The position numbers were made by a program, and so were the translations under genes. Positions 1 through 11,031 of a stretch of 64,000 nt of DNA are shown in pieces. Source of the DNA: Acidimicrobiia bacterium (GTDB lineage Bacteria; Actinomycetota; Acidimicrobiia; Spongiisociales; ZC4RG35); contig DASSVE010000163.1 of assembly GCA_035706345.1 (NCBI GenBank), positions 12,095-76,094 on the forward strand, in the 5' to 3' direction. The notes beneath the pieces are model-generated. The model saw only the letters and a list, made by a program, of their open reading frames with translations, had not been told where the DNA came from and ran no database searches. Each line of letters starts with the position of its first letter. The stretch's first letter is position 1.

Positions 1-1921
1 CCGGCGGGAAGGCGATCTGACGCACTCGCTCCTTGGCGGCGGCGAGAGCCTCTCCGTCGTTGGAGGCGATGCGGACGATGCCGACACCGTCGGTCTCCTC
101 GATCTCGATGTTGGCCCCGGTCTGCTCCTCGAGCTCGCGGATCACGGCGCCCTTGGGGCCGATCACCTCGCCGATCTTGTCCTTGGGGATCTCGAGCGAC
201 TCGATGCGCGGCGCCCACTTGTTCATCTCGGGCCGCGGCTCGGCGATGACCTCGGCCATGGCCGCCAGGATGAACAGCCGGGCCTCACGTGCCTGGTCCA
301 GAGCCGACCGCAGCACCTCGGAGGGCAGCCCCGAGATCTTCGTGTCCAACTGGAGGGCGGTGATCATGTCGGCAGTGCCGGCGACCTTGAAGTCCATGTC
401 GCCCAGGGCATCCTCGGCGCCCAGGATGTCGGTGAGGGTGACGAAGTCATCCCCCTCTTTGATCAAACCCATGGCGATGCCTGCCACCGGAGCCGCGATG
501 GGGACACCGGCGTCCATGAGGGACAGGGTCGAGCCGCACACCGAGGCCATCGAGGACGACCCGTTGGAGGCGAGCACTTCCGAGACCAGACGCAAGGCGT
601 ACGGGAACTCCTCGGAGGTGGGGATCACCGGAAGCAGGGCCTTCTCGGCGAGTGCGCCATGACCGATCTCCCGTCGCTTCGGGCCACGCATGAACCCTGC
701 CTCGCCCGTGGAGAAGGGCGGGAAGTTGTAGTGGTGCATGTAGCGCTTGGCCTCGGCGATGTCGAGCGTGTCGAGCATCTGCTCCATCTTGAGCATGCCG
801 AGGGTGGTGATGTTGAGCACCTGGGTCTCGCCACGCTGGAACAGAGCCGATCCGTGGGTTCTCTCCACGGTGCCGACCTCGATGCTCAGGGGACGGATGT
901 CGGCGGGGCCTCGGCCGTCGAGACGAACACCCTCTGCGACGACGCGCTTGCGGGCCATCTTCTTGAAGACCGACCGGAAGGCGTTCTTCACCTGGAGCAG
1001 TGTCTCCAAGTCGTCCTCGGGGACGCCCAACTCCGTGATCACCGCCTCGAGCGCCTCAGCCTCGGCATCCTGACGGGCGTGCTTGCCGGGGATCTCGAGA
1101 ACGTCGGCGATCCGGCTGGAGGCGGCTGCCTCGACCCGGGAGTAGATCTCCTCGCTGTAGTCGACCGCGGGAGTCCACTTGAACTCTTTGGGCTCGACCT
1201 TGGCGGCCAGTTCCTTCTGCAGGTCGATGAGAGCCGCAATGTGCGGCTTGGACTCCTCGATGCCGTCGGCGACCGCCTGCTCGTCGGAGGGCTGGTCACC
1301 GGAGGCCACGAGACGTACCCCGTCCTCGGTGGCGCCGGCTTCGACCATCACGATGTCGATCTGGCCCTCTTCGTTCCGACGACCGACGACCACCATCTCG
1401 AAAACGGACTCGTCCAGCTCTGCCTCGGTCGGGAAAGCGATCCACTCGCCCTTCTTCAGGGCGACTCGGACCCCGCCGATCGGTCCCTCGAAGGGCAGAC
1501 CGCTGATGGTGAGGGCAGCGGAGGCGCCGTTGAGGGCGACCACGTCGAACGGGTTCTCCTGGTCGACCGAGAGCGAGGTGACCACGATGTGGGTCTCGTT
1601 GCGATACCCGTCGGCGAATGACGGCCTGAGGGGACGGTCGATGAGACGGGAGGTGAGGATGGCTCGCTCCGAGGGGCGGCCCTCACGACGGAAGAACGAC
1701 CCCGGGATCCGGCCCACGGAGTACATCCGCTCCTCGAAGTCCACGGTCAGCGGGAAGAAGTCGACCCCTTCCCGGGGACGGTCGTTTGCGGTGGCGGTGA
1801 CCAGCATCTCGGTCCCGCCGATCTTGGCGACTACGGCGCCATTTGCTTGTGGGGCGAGTTTGCCGGTGCTCAGCACCAGCTCCTTGCCGCCGATGGTTCC
1901 TCTAACAGAGGTCTCGGGCAC
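1..1921 (-). CDS. pnp: Polynucleotide phosphorylase (PNPase). The 3' end is truncated by the window edge; probable GTG start near 1921.
   Basis: Reverse-strand translation gives the PNPase N-terminus (GGKELVLSTGKLAPQANGAVVAKIGGTEMLVTATA...FFPLTVDFEERMYSVGRIPGSFFRREGRPSE) and the C-terminal KH/S1 region (IGEVIGPKGAVIRELEEQTGANIEIEE) running off position 1. It sits downstream of rpsO as in most bacteria. It is not in the ORF track because it is open at the window edge. Confidence 0.85.
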   Translation of the reverse strand, partial: MPETSVRGTIGGKELVLSTGKLAPQANGAVVAKIGGTEMLVTATANDRPREGVDFFPLTVDFEERMYSVGRIPGSFFRREGRPSERAILTSRLIDRPLRPSFADGYRNETHIVVTSLSVDQENPFDVVALNGASAALTISGLPFEGPIGGVRVALKKGEWIAFPTEAELDESVFEMVVVGRRNEEGQIDIVMVEAGATEDGVRLVASGDQPSDEQAVADGIEESKPHIAALIDLQKELAAKVEPKEFKWTPAVDYSEEIYSRVEAAASSRIADVLEIPGKHARQDAEAEALEAVITELGVPEDDLETLLQVKNAFRSVFKKMARKRVVAEGVRLDGRGPADIRPLSIEVGTVERTHGSALFQRGETQVLNITTLGMLKMEQMLDTLDIAEAKRYMHHYNFPPFSTGEAGFMRGPKRREIGHGALAEKALLPVIPTSEEFPYALRLVSEVLASNGSSSMASVCGSTLSLMDAGVPIAAPVAGIAMGLIKEGDDFVTLTDILGAEDALGDMDFKVAGTADMITALQLDTKISGLPSEVLRSALDQAREARLFILAAMAEVIAEPRPEMNKWAPRIESLEIPKDKIGEVIGPKGAVIRELEEQTGANIEIEETDGVGIVRIASNDGEALAAAKERVRQIAFPP

Positions 1922-2077
1922 TATGTGCTCCTTCTTGTCTGGAGCCTGCGCCCGTTGGCAGTGATGATGTCTCGGATGACCGAGCCATCACCACTGACAA
2001 CCGACGTGGCTCTCTTTCTCTCGGCCCGCTCACGGGCCCATATACATGTGAGGAGCGGTCGAACCGCTCCTCTTCCG

Positions 2078-2335
2078 TCAGCGCCGCAGGCCCAACTTGG
2101 CGATGAGGCTCCTGTAGCGCTCCACGTCTTGACGACGCAGGTAGTCGAGGAGTCTCCGGCGCTTACCGACCATCAGCAACAGACCACGACGGCTGTGGTG
2201 GTCGTGCTTGTGGTCTCGAAGATGCTCGGTCAGATGGTTGATCCGCTCGGTGAGCAGAGCCACCTGAACCTCCGGTGAGCCTGTGTCGCTCCCGTGAGTG
2301 CCGAACTCTTCGACGATTTCAGTGGTTGTCTTCAT
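2078..2335 (-). CDS. rpsO: 30S ribosomal protein S15
   Basis: 85 aa with the S15 signature ([39 protein letters not shown]). Classic rpsO-pnp arrangement. Confidence 0.95.
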   Translation of the reverse strand: MKTTTEIVEEFGTHGSDTGSPEVQVALLTERINHLTEHLRDHKHDHHSRRGLLLMVGKRRRLLDYLRRQDVERYRSLIAKLGLRR

Positions 2336-2399
2336 TGCGCGTAAAACCCGAAGTGATGTGGGGAATCGAGACCAACTCTAACAGCATCGGAATGCAATC

Positions 2400-3326
2400 T
2401 CATATTCCCGACCGGACCTGATCGAGACTGGCCCGGGTGTCGACAACATCCTGTTCCATCCGGGCCACGAGGTCCTCGACCCCGCTGAACTCGAGCTCCG
2501 GTCTCAGGTATTGGACGAACTCGATGCTCAGATCGTTCCCGTAGATGTCCTCGTCGAAGTCGAGGATGAAGGCCTCGACCAGGAGCTCCCCTCCTCCGAA
2601 GGTGGGGCGCACACCGACGTTGACCGCGGCGTCGTGCACCTCGCCGGCCACGGTTGCGAAACAGGCGTAAACGCCACGTGCCGGGATGACCTTCCGGGCG
2701 GGAGGGCGGAGATTGGCGGTCGGGAAACCGATCTGACGTCCTCGTTTGTCGCCGTCGACGACCACATTGGTGATGGTGAACCACGAGTCGAGCAGCTCGG
2801 ACGCCCCTGAGACGTCGCCCGACTCGATCAGCTCCCGGATGCGGCTCGAGGAGACCGGAATTTCGTCCCGGGTGACCAGCGGGGTGGTCTCCACGACGAA
2901 GCCCAGCTCCGTGCCCATCCTCTCCAGGAGCGCCACGTCCCCGGTGCGGTCCTTCCCGAACCTGAAGTCCTCGCCGACCACCAGGTGTGCCAGTCGCATC
3001 CGGTCGACCAGGATTCCCTTCACGAAGTCCTCGGGTGAGAGCTCCTTGATCTCGCTGAGGTCGAGCACGCCCACGCAGTCGATCCCGGCGCTCTCCAGGA
3101 GAGCCAGACGCTCCTCGAGGCTGGTGATGAGACGGGGTGGTGTCCCGGGACGGAGCACTTCGACGGGATGGGGCTCGAAGGTGAGGACGGTGGCTTCCGC
3201 ACCCCGGTCGAGACGGGAGAGCAGGGCACGATGCCCGATGTGGACCCCGTCCATGACGCCGATGGCCATCGAGGTGGGCCCGGTCACGACCGGCCAGGTC
3301 TGCCACGGGCCACGGAGGACGATCAT
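2400..3326 (-). CDS. ribF: Bifunctional riboflavin kinase / FAD synthetase
   Basis: MAIGVMDGVHIGH FAD-synthetase N-terminal motif; C-terminal riboflavin-kinase region (GFPTANL...GVYA). A start at the internal Met (about 3269) is possible. The start overlaps the truB stop. Confidence 0.9.
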   Translation of the reverse strand: MIVLRGPWQTWPVVTGPTSMAIGVMDGVHIGHRALLSRLDRGAEATVLTFEPHPVEVLRPGTPPRLITSLEERLALLESAGIDCVGVLDLSEIKELSPEDFVKGILVDRMRLAHLVVGEDFRFGKDRTGDVALLERMGTELGFVVETTPLVTRDEIPVSSSRIRELIESGDVSGASELLDSWFTITNVVVDGDKRGRQIGFPTANLRPPARKVIPARGVYACFATVAGEVHDAAVNVGVRPTFGGGELLVEAFILDFDEDIYGNDLSIEFVQYLRPELEFSGVEDLVARMEQDVVDTRASLDQVRSGI

Positions 3327-4198
3327 GCTGGGAGAACCACTTCGGGGACGGCGCTGTCACCGCTGCGCCGGTAGACCGCGATCAGATCCCCTCCCTCGTC
3401 CAACAGGGCGTAGGGCTCGTCTTCGGGACCGGTCACCGCCGGCCCTCCGACGAAACGCATGCCGTTGCGGGCCGCCTGGGCGGTCTCGGCGTCGACGGTG
3501 ACCGCCCGCAGGTGTGCCAATGCTCGGGCCGGGCTCATCAGATAGGACTCCCAGTCGGCCAAATCGTCGATGGTGATGCTGTCGCCGATCCCGAAGGCGC
3601 CGATGCGGGTGCGGCGAAGGGCGGTGAGGTGGGCCTCGCCACCGAGCATCGCCGCCATGTCGTCGGCGAGGGACCGGACGTACGTTCCCTTGCCACACAC
3701 GACCCGGAACTCGACTTCCGGGTAAGGCGGCGCCCCCACCGAGAGGATCTCCATCTCATGGACCTCGACCAGTCTGGCCTCCCGCTCCACGATCTGACCC
3801 TCGCGGGCCAGGGCGTAGAGCCGCCGCCCGTCCTTCTTGAGGGCGGAGACCATCGGCGGGACCTGGCTGATGGTCCCGATGAACCTGGGCACGATGGCCT
3901 CGAGGTCCTCCTCGGTGAAGTCCATCGGCTCCCGGGACAGGACCGCCCCGTCGGCGTCGAGGGTGTCCGTGGACACTCCGAACTGGGCGGTGGCGTAGTA
4001 CTCCTTGGGCTGGTCCTGGATGTAGCGGATGAGCCGGGTCACCTTCCCGATGGCGAGCACCATGACCCCGGTGGCCATCGGGTCGAGAGTGCCGGCGTGG
4101 CCGATCTTCTTGATCCCGGTCGCCCGCTTGACCTCCCCGACCACCTGGTTCGAGGTGATGCCTCGGGGTTTGTCCACCACCAGGAAGCCCCTGGTCAT
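3323..4198 (-). CDS. truB: tRNA pseudouridine(55) synthase TruB (291 aa). The ORF-track entry 3323..4702 carries a spurious Arg-rich N-terminal extension.
   Basis: MTRGFLVVDKPRGITSNQVV...GHAGTLDPMATGVMVLAIGKVTRL TruB catalytic-Asp motif. Start placed at the Met preceding the conserved VDKP motif. Confidence 0.9.
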   Translation of the reverse strand: MTRGFLVVDKPRGITSNQVVGEVKRATGIKKIGHAGTLDPMATGVMVLAIGKVTRLIRYIQDQPKEYYATAQFGVSTDTLDADGAVLSREPMDFTEEDLEAIVPRFIGTISQVPPMVSALKKDGRRLYALAREGQIVEREARLVEVHEMEILSVGAPPYPEVEFRVVCGKGTYVRSLADDMAAMLGGEAHLTALRRTRIGAFGIGDSITIDDLADWESYLMSPARALAHLRAVTVDAETAQAARNGMRFVGGPAVTGPEDEPYALLDEGGDLIAVYRRSGDSAVPEVVLPA

Positions 4199-5166
4199 CG
4201 ATAGGACTCCACCAGCGCGAATACCTTGGAGAGAACCTCTTCGACATCTCCCTCGACGGTGAAACCGGCGGCGAGACGGTGCCCGCCTCCCCCCATCTCC
4301 TGAGCGAGACCTCCGACGTCGGTGCCACCGCGGGAACGGAGGCTCACCTTGACCCGGCCGTCCTCGTGGACCTTGGCCAGCACGGCGGTGTCGGCCTCCA
4401 TGGCCAGACGAAGCACGTCGATGAGGTTGTCGGTGTCGCTCCAGTCGATGCCGGCAGCCTCGAGGTCCTCGTCGCTGATGTGGGTGGCCACCACACCGAG
4501 ATCCGCGTCGAGCCGGGCCCGGTCCATGGCGATCGCAAGGGCCTTGAGATAGCCGAAGGGGGCCTCCTCGTAAACATGGCGGCCGATGACACTCGGCTCG
4601 GCACCGGCTTCGACCAGCTCGGCGGCGATGCGCAACGTCTCGGGCTTGGTGTTCGAGTAGCTGAAACGGCCGGTGTCGGTGACCAGGGCGGTGTGGAGAC
4701 ACATCGCGATGGCGGGTGTGATCTCACAGCCAATGGCTCTCAGGACCTGGTACACCAGCTCGCCGGTGGCCGCCGCGGTCGGGTCGACCAGGGAGATGTC
4801 GCCGAACCCCTCGTTGGTGACGTGATGGTCGATCACGATCAGGGTCCCGGCCCTGGTGGCGTTGGCGGCCAGCTCCCCGATCCGGTCCGCCGAGCCGGTG
4901 TCGAGGACGACCATCAGCTCAGGGGCTTCGGGGAAGTCGCCCGGGGGGACCAGGTGGTCGATGGGGAGGAAGGCGAGATTGGGCGGGATCGCGAACGGCG
5001 ACCCGAAGCTGGCCACGACCTCCTTCCCGGCGTTCTCCATGGCCAGGGCGAGGGCCAGCATCGACCCGAGGGCGTCACCGTCGGGCCCGACATGGCAGGC
5101 CAGCGCCACCCGATCGGCGTTGGCCAGGGCGGTGGCCGCCTTCTCGACAGTGTCCGCGGTGCTCAC
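4195..5166 (-). CDS. nrnA: DHH/DHHA1 phosphoesterase (NrnA-like oligoribonuclease / pAp phosphatase)
   Basis: DHH motif (IVIDHHV), GGGH motif (EMGGGGHRLAAG). Conserved position between truB and rbfA in actinobacteria. Confidence 0.85.
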   Translation of the reverse strand: MSTADTVEKAATALANADRVALACHVGPDGDALGSMLALALAMENAGKEVVASFGSPFAIPPNLAFLPIDHLVPPGDFPEAPELMVVLDTGSADRIGELAANATRAGTLIVIDHHVTNEGFGDISLVDPTAAATGELVYQVLRAIGCEITPAIAMCLHTALVTDTGRFSYSNTKPETLRIAAELVEAGAEPSVIGRHVYEEAPFGYLKALAIAMDRARLDADLGVVATHISDEDLEAAGIDWSDTDNLIDVLRLAMEADTAVLAKVHEDGRVKVSLRSRGGTDVGGLAQEMGGGGHRLAAGFTVEGDVEEVLSKVFALVESYR

Positions 5167-5513
5167 TCTTCCTCTGCCTGCTCGGCTTTGAGGTCGCGCA
5201 GGATCTGCTCGATGCGCTCGCCGCCGGTGATGCCGGGGTCGATCTGGAACTCCAGGGTGGGCACGTACTTCATCCGGACCTGTCGCCCGATGCTCGATTG
5301 GAGACGGCGCGCCGCTCCCCGGAGTGCCTCGAGGGCGGTCTCGCGCTCCTCCACCCCGAGTACGTCGATGTACACCACGGCGCTGCGGAGATTGGGCGCG
5401 GTGTCCACCGCGGTGACCGAGACCAACTCGAGACGGGCATCACTCATCCTCTCGATCTCTTCGGCGAGCACCTCACGAATGGTCGAGTTGACCCGCAGCA
5501 TGCGGTCGCTCAT
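5163..5513 (-). CDS. rbfA: Ribosome-binding factor A
   Basis: 116 aa with an RbfA-like sequence (RVNSTIREVLAEEIER...VSVTAVDTAPNLRSAVVYI). Lies immediately downstream of infB. Confidence 0.9.
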   Translation of the reverse strand: MSDRMLRVNSTIREVLAEEIERMSDARLELVSVTAVDTAPNLRSAVVYIDVLGVEERETALEALRGAARRLQSSIGRQVRMKYVPTLEFQIDPGITGGERIEQILRDLKAEQAEEE

Positions 5514-5558
5514 GGTGTCCGGTCTGGCTGACCTCGGCGAACGTTAACGGTCACTGCA

Positions 5559-7574
5559 CTAGGTGCGGGCGACTTCCCGGACCGCGTAGACCTCGATCAG
5601 ATCCCCATCCTTGATGTCGTCGTAGTTCTCGAAGCCGATACCACACTCGAACCCGGACTGCACCTCGCGGACGTCGTCCTTGAAGCGTTTCAGCGATCCG
5701 ATCGTGCCGTCGTGGATCACGACGCCGTCGCGGAGCAGACGGGCCTTCGCACCCCTCTGCACCACGCCTTCGACCACGTAGCAGCCGGCGACGGTGCCGG
5801 TACGGGGCACCCGGAAGGTGGCTCTGACCTCGGCAGTCCCCAGCACCACCTCTTCCTCCTCGGGTGCCAGCTGGCCGACGAGGAGCTGCTCGATCTCGTC
5901 GAGTAGTTCGTAGATGATGCCGTAGGTGCGGATCTCGACCCCGGCCTCCTCGGCGGCGCGCCGGGCCTTGGGCTCGGGTCGGACGTTGAATCCGATGATC
6001 ACCGCATCGGTGACCTCGGCCAGGGTGACGTCGTTCTCGTTGATCCCGCCCACCGCGGTGTGCACGATCTGGATCCGCCCACCCTCACGCTCGATCTTCC
6101 CGATCGAGTCGCGCAGGGCCTCGAGTGACCCCTGGGCGTCTGCCTTGACGATCAGGTTGAGCTGGGCGTCCTCGCTGCGCAATTGCTCCAGGAGACCCTG
6201 GAGACGGTCCCGGGCCGAAGGAGCCACATTGGCCTCGGCTCGCATCGCCTCCTGACGCTCCTGGGCGATGCGACGGGCCTCGCGGTCGTTGGCGTGGACT
6301 TCGAAGAAGTCACCGGCGTTGGGGACGTCGTCCCAACCCATGATCTGCACCGGGGTGGAGGGCCCGGCGGAATCGAGACGCCGGCCGTTCTCGTCCATGA
6401 GGGCGCGGGCCCGCCCGGCGACCGGGCCTGCGGTGAAGGCATCTCCCTGGTGGAGCGTGCCCCGCTTGATGATGACCGTGGCCACGGGGCCGCGTCCCAC
6501 TTCGAGCTGCGCTTCGACGACCACGCCGCTGGCCGGCGCCTTGGCGTTGGCCTTGTAGTCCTCGAGCTGGGCGATGAGATCGATGACTTCGAGCAGCTCG
6601 TCGACCCCGTCGCCTTTCAGGGCCGAGACCTCGACCGTGGGGATGTCACCACCGAGATCCTCGGTGACCACTCCGTAGTTGGTGAGCTCTGTGCGCACCC
6701 GCATCGGGTCGGCGCCGGGCAGGTCCATCTTGTTGACGGCCACGATCATCTTCACCCCGGCCGCCTTGGCATGTGAGATCGCCTCGATGGTCTGGGGCAT
6801 GACACCGTCGTCGGCCGCCACGACCAGGACCACGATGTCGGTGATGTTGGCGCCGCGGGCCCGGAGGGCGGTGAACGCCTCGTGACCGGGGGTGTCGATG
6901 AACGTGATGAGACGATCGCCCAGCTCCACCTGGTAGGCGCCGATGTGCTGTGTGATCCCACCCTCTTCGCCCTCGACCACATTGGCCCTGCGAATGGTGT
7001 CGAGCAACGTGGTCTTGCCGTGGTCGACATGACCCATCACGGTGACGACCGGGGGGCGTGGGGTCAGGTCGGCTTCGTCGTCCTCGAACTCGGGCTGCTC
7101 GGCCACGGCCGGGGGCGGGGCAGCCTCGACGATCTCGACCATGTACCCGAAGCTCTCCGCGACCTCCTCGATGAGCTCGGCCGGGATCGGCTGCCCGGCG
7201 CCGGCGGGCACACCACGCTCCAACAGCGCCCGGACCACCTCGCCAGTCGGCTGACCGACGGCCTCGGCGAACTGGGCCACGCTGGCGCCGGCCTCGATCG
7301 TGGCGATCTTGATCTCAGGCTCCGGCTCCGGCCGGGGCTCCGGCGCGGCAGGTGCCTCGGCTTCCGGCTCCTCGGCCTCTTCGGTCGTCCCGGTTTCCGC
7401 CTCGGTCGCTTCCCCGGTGTCCTCCTCCGGGGCGAACGCCAGCCTGAGCAGCTCGGCGACCTCGTCGTCCAGACCGGACGAGGCGGTCTTCACCTCGACC
7501 CCTAGCTCCTCGGCCTGGGCCAGGACCTCCTTCGAATCGACGCCCAGTTCACGGGCGAGCTCATAAACCCTCAT
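5559..7574 (-). CDS. infB: Translation initiation factor IF-2
   Basis: 671 aa. GTPase G1-G4 motifs ([24 protein letters not shown]) and the IF-2 C-terminal domains. Confidence 0.95.
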   Translation of the reverse strand: MRVYELARELGVDSKEVLAQAEELGVEVKTASSGLDDEVAELLRLAFAPEEDTGEATEAETGTTEEAEEPEAEAPAAPEPRPEPEPEIKIATIEAGASVAQFAEAVGQPTGEVVRALLERGVPAGAGQPIPAELIEEVAESFGYMVEIVEAAPPPAVAEQPEFEDDEADLTPRPPVVTVMGHVDHGKTTLLDTIRRANVVEGEEGGITQHIGAYQVELGDRLITFIDTPGHEAFTALRARGANITDIVVLVVAADDGVMPQTIEAISHAKAAGVKMIVAVNKMDLPGADPMRVRTELTNYGVVTEDLGGDIPTVEVSALKGDGVDELLEVIDLIAQLEDYKANAKAPASGVVVEAQLEVGRGPVATVIIKRGTLHQGDAFTAGPVAGRARALMDENGRRLDSAGPSTPVQIMGWDDVPNAGDFFEVHANDREARRIAQERQEAMRAEANVAPSARDRLQGLLEQLRSEDAQLNLIVKADAQGSLEALRDSIGKIEREGGRIQIVHTAVGGINENDVTLAEVTDAVIIGFNVRPEPKARRAAEEAGVEIRTYGIIYELLDEIEQLLVGQLAPEEEEVVLGTAEVRATFRVPRTGTVAGCYVVEGVVQRGAKARLLRDGVVIHDGTIGSLKRFKDDVREVQSGFECGIGFENYDDIKDGDLIEVYAVREVART

Positions 7575-7581
7575 TCAACGA

Positions 7582-8742
7582 TCACTCACTCTCGCTGTCG
7601 CTATCGATGACCTCGACGAGGTCCTCGTCATCACCCGTCACGGCAGCCGTTTCCACCTCGGCCGTGTCCGTGATCTCCTCGGCGTCCGTGATCTCCTCGG
7701 CGACGGTCTCCACGACCTCTTCCTCGGCGCCCTCGGTGTCGGAGCGTATATCGACCTTGTAGCCGGACAGCCGGGCGGCGAGACGGGCGTTCTGGCCCTC
7801 CTTGCCGATGGCGAGGGAGAGCTGATGCTCGGAGACGATCACCTCGGCGGTCTTCTCTTCCTCGTTGATGCGGACTTCCTTCACCTTGGCCGGGCCCAGA
7901 GCCTCGGCGATGAACATGGCGACGTCGTCGCGCCATTGCACGACGTCGACCTTCTCACCCCTCAGCTCGTTGACGACCTGACGGACCCTGGAGCCCCGGG
8001 CACCCACGCAGGCGCCCTTGGGATCGACGTTGGGATCGTGGGAGATGACCGCGATCTTGGTGCGATGACCGGGCTCGCGGGCGATGTTGACGATCTCCAC
8101 GGTCCCGTCGGTCAGCTCGGGCACCTCCAGCTCGAGCAGACGTCGGACCAGGTCGGGATGGCTGCGGGACACGACGATCTGCGCTCCCTTGGCCTCGTTT
8201 CGGACCTCGAGGATCAGGGCCTTGACCCGATTGCCCCGGTCGAGTCTCTCGAACGGGATCCGCTCGCTGCCCGGCAGGATCGCCTCGGCGTCACCGAGAT
8301 CGAGGATCACCGAGCGATAGTCCACCTGCTGGACGATGCCGGTCACCAGGTCGCCCTCGCGCCCCTCGTACATCTCGTAGACCTTCTCCCGCTTGGCCTC
8401 CCGCAGCTTGAACTGCATGACCTGCTTGAAGGACTGTGCGGCGATCCGGCCGAACGCCTCGCCTTCGGGGGTGTCCTCCCACTCGTCGATGACGTTCCCC
8501 TCCTCGTCGAGCTCCTGGGCGTACACGGTCACCTCACCCGACTCGGGGTCGATGGTGACGCGGGCCTCTTCGGCCGCGCCAGGACTGCGCTTGTAAGCCG
8601 CCACCAGTGCGTTGGCGAACGCGTCGAGGATGGCGTCCACGGGGACACCACGCTCACGGGCCAACACCTCGATGGCCTCCATCATCGTGTCGAGCTTCAT
8701 TGGTTCTCCTTCGCCTGACCTGGCTTCGGCGCTTTCTCCCAC
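7582..8742 (-). CDS. nusA: Transcription termination/antitermination factor NusA. The start is possibly at the internal MKLD (about 8703). Acidic C-terminal tail.
   Basis: NusA N-terminal, S1 and KH domains recognisable (MEAIEVLARERGVPVD...). Only 7 nt separate it from infB, so there is no ylxR/L7Ae gene in between. Confidence 0.93.
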   Translation of the reverse strand: MGESAEARSGEGEPMKLDTMMEAIEVLARERGVPVDAILDAFANALVAAYKRSPGAAEEARVTIDPESGEVTVYAQELDEEGNVIDEWEDTPEGEAFGRIAAQSFKQVMQFKLREAKREKVYEMYEGREGDLVTGIVQQVDYRSVILDLGDAEAILPGSERIPFERLDRGNRVKALILEVRNEAKGAQIVVSRSHPDLVRRLLELEVPELTDGTVEIVNIAREPGHRTKIAVISHDPNVDPKGACVGARGSRVRQVVNELRGEKVDVVQWRDDVAMFIAEALGPAKVKEVRINEEEKTAEVIVSEHQLSLAIGKEGQNARLAARLSGYKVDIRSDTEGAEEEVVETVAEEITDAEEITDTAEVETAAVTGDDEDLVEVIDSDSESE

Positions 8743-9182
8743 CGGAACACGGTCTTGGCGCTGACTACGTCTTCATAGGACACACTCACCGGCCCCTGCT
8801 CGGATTCGACCGTGAACCGTGAATCGTCGGCGGCGGTGAGTGTCCCCCGGTAGGTGGACTTCTGGTCGGCGCGAGCCGCCTTCACCACCACCTCGCGACC
8901 GAGGGACTTCCGATAGTGCGACGGAAGCCTGAGCTTGCGCTCCAAACCCGGTGAGCTGACTTCCAGCTGGTACCGCTCCTGGAGACCGGGCTGGTCGTCG
9001 AGGAGACGGGCCACGCCGCGGGACACCTCGGCGAGACGGTCGACACCGATGTCGTCACCGTCCACCGTCACCCGGAGCACCCTTCCCGGCCCGCGTCCGG
9101 ACAGCTCGAGATCATCGAGCTCGAGCCGCTCGGCGGCGAGGTAGGGCTCCAAGACCCTCCAAATGTCTTCTAGCTGCGTCAA
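8697..9182 (-). CDS. rimP: Ribosome maturation factor RimP
   Basis: 161 aa. RimP-like N-terminal domain (LELVDLEL...RVLRVTVDGDDIGVD...YQLEVSSPGLERKLR). Lies upstream of nusA. Confidence 0.85.
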   Translation of the reverse strand: MTQLEDIWRVLEPYLAAERLELDDLELSGRGPGRVLRVTVDGDDIGVDRLAEVSRGVARLLDDQPGLQERYQLEVSSPGLERKLRLPSHYRKSLGREVVVKAARADQKSTYRGTLTAADDSRFTVESEQGPVSVSYEDVVSAKTVFRWEKAPKPGQAKENQ

Positions 9183-9282
9183 TACGTAGGTGTCTCCACA
9201 CCAAACAGGTGGGTGCCAAAGGCGCCCACCTGACCGAAAAGCGTCCTGTTGTTGTCTTCGGATTATAGGTCGAAGCCGCCGC

Positions 9283-11007
9283 TCAACCCGAAATGCCGTG
9301 CCGGGCGGAGAAGACCCGTTCTGACACGGAGCTGACCACGGTGTCGAGTGGCACCTCGGCGCGCACCAGCCCCCGACGCTCCGTCACCTCGGCGACGCCC
9401 TCGGCCACGCCTTTGGGGCCGATGGTCACCCGGAAGGGGATCCCGACCAGTTCGGCGTCGGCGAATTTGACCCCGGGACGCTCCTCGCGGTCGTCGAGCA
9501 GCACCTCCACCCCGTTCTGCGAGAAGGTCTCGTAGAGCTGGTTGGCGATGGCCATGGTCGCCGTGTCGTCCACCCGGACCACCGTCAGCACCACCTCGTA
9601 GGGGGCCACCGAGACCGGCCAGACTATGCCCTTCTCGTCGTGATTGGACTCGACCACGGCCGCCACTCCCCGTTCCAGCCCGATGCCGTACGAGCCCATG
9701 ACAATGGGACGGCTCTCCCCTGCCTCGTCCTGGACATAGGCGCCGAAGGTCTCCGAGTACTTCGTGCCCAGCTTGAAGATGTGGCCGACCTCGATCGCCT
9801 TCCACAGCTCGAGCTTGCCCCCGTCCTGGACACAGAGGTCGCCGTCCACGACCTCGCGCAGATCGGTCCACGTGGTGACGGCGATGTCACGCTCGACGTC
9901 CACGCCCCGAAGATGCCAATCGTCCTCGTTGGCGCCGGTGGTCATGTTGCGACGCCCCTTCAGGGCGATGTCGGCGAAGATCGGGATGTCGGTGACCCCG
10001 ACCGCACCCAGACTGCCCGGATCGGCGCCCAGGAGCGGTCTGATCTCCTCGGGGCGAGCGGGTCTCCCCTCGGAGGCGCCGGCGGCGTCGAGCAGCTTCT
10101 GTTCCTGGAGGTCGTGGTCGCCTCTCAACAGCACCAGGACCGGCCGCTCGTCCACCAGGTAGACCAGGGTCTTGATCTGACGCTCCGGGGAGGCGATGTC
10201 GGGGAACGCCTCGGCCAGGGCGGCGATGGTCCTCAGACCCGGGGTCGGGAACCGCTCCAGGTCCTCGGTCTCGCCGTCGTCGACCGGGTCGATCGCCGAA
10301 GTGGCCCGCTCCAGGTTGGCCCGGTAGTCACAGGTGACACAGGTGACGATCCAGTCCTCACCCGCCTCGGAGCGCACAACGAACTCACGCGACTCCCGGC
10401 CCCCCATAGCTCCCGACGAAGCCTCCACGTCCACGGCGTCGAGACCCATGCGAGCGAAGATCCTCCGATAGGCCTCGTAGTGCTTGTCGAACCCTCGGTC
10501 GAGACCGGCCCGGTCGATGTCCAGGGTGTAGGAGTCCTTCATCGTGAACTCCCGGACCCGGAGCAGACCGGACTTGGGACGGGGCTCGTCGCGGAACTTG
10601 GTGTGGATCTGGTACCAGATCTGGGGCAACTGGCGATAGGAGAACAACTCGGTGGCGAGGATGGCGAAGATCTCCTCCTCGGTCATGCCGAGGACCAGTT
10701 CCACATCGCGCCGGTCGACCAGCCTGAACAGGTTGTCCCCCATGAGGTCGTAGCGGCCCGACTTCCTCCAGATCTCGGCGGGATGGAGGGTGGGCAGGAC
10801 CATCTCCTGGCCACCGATGGCGTCCATCTCCTCCCGGATGATCCCGGCGACCTTGAGACGGACACGCTGGCCGAGCGGGAGCATGGTGTAGGAGCCGGCG
10901 GCGAGCTGGCGGATGAACCCAGCCCGGACCAGGAGCTTGTGACTCACGGCCTCGGCGTCGGCGGGAGCCTCGCGGAGGGTTGGTATGAATGCCTGTGACC
11001 AGCGCAT
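9283..11007 (-). CDS. proS: Proline--tRNA ligase
   Basis: 574 aa. Class II aaRS motifs of the bacterial-type ProRS (FRDEPRPKSGLLRVREFTMKDSY...). Confidence 0.93.
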   Translation of the reverse strand: MRWSQAFIPTLREAPADAEAVSHKLLVRAGFIRQLAAGSYTMLPLGQRVRLKVAGIIREEMDAIGGQEMVLPTLHPAEIWRKSGRYDLMGDNLFRLVDRRDVELVLGMTEEEIFAILATELFSYRQLPQIWYQIHTKFRDEPRPKSGLLRVREFTMKDSYTLDIDRAGLDRGFDKHYEAYRRIFARMGLDAVDVEASSGAMGGRESREFVVRSEAGEDWIVTCVTCDYRANLERATSAIDPVDDGETEDLERFPTPGLRTIAALAEAFPDIASPERQIKTLVYLVDERPVLVLLRGDHDLQEQKLLDAAGASEGRPARPEEIRPLLGADPGSLGAVGVTDIPIFADIALKGRRNMTTGANEDDWHLRGVDVERDIAVTTWTDLREVVDGDLCVQDGGKLELWKAIEVGHIFKLGTKYSETFGAYVQDEAGESRPIVMGSYGIGLERGVAAVVESNHDEKGIVWPVSVAPYEVVLTVVRVDDTATMAIANQLYETFSQNGVEVLLDDREERPGVKFADAELVGIPFRVTIGPKGVAEGVAEVTERRGLVRAEVPLDTVVSSVSERVFSARHGISG

Positions 11008-11031
11008 GGATGCCGACGGTAGCCAGCGTGC

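Noticed and set aside
33-1964. Several plus-strand ORFs (33..662, 659..1621, 1179..1964) over the pnp locus
   Set aside because: The minus-strand frame encodes an unambiguous PNPase. The plus-strand ORFs are antisense shadows (Ser/Arg/Ala-rich).
2332-4702. Long minus/plus ORFs (2332..3360, 2746..3501, 3512..4204) and the 459-aa extended truB
   Set aside because: They overlap ribF and truB in wrong frames. The truB start was placed at the conserved MTRGFLVVDKPRG N-terminus.
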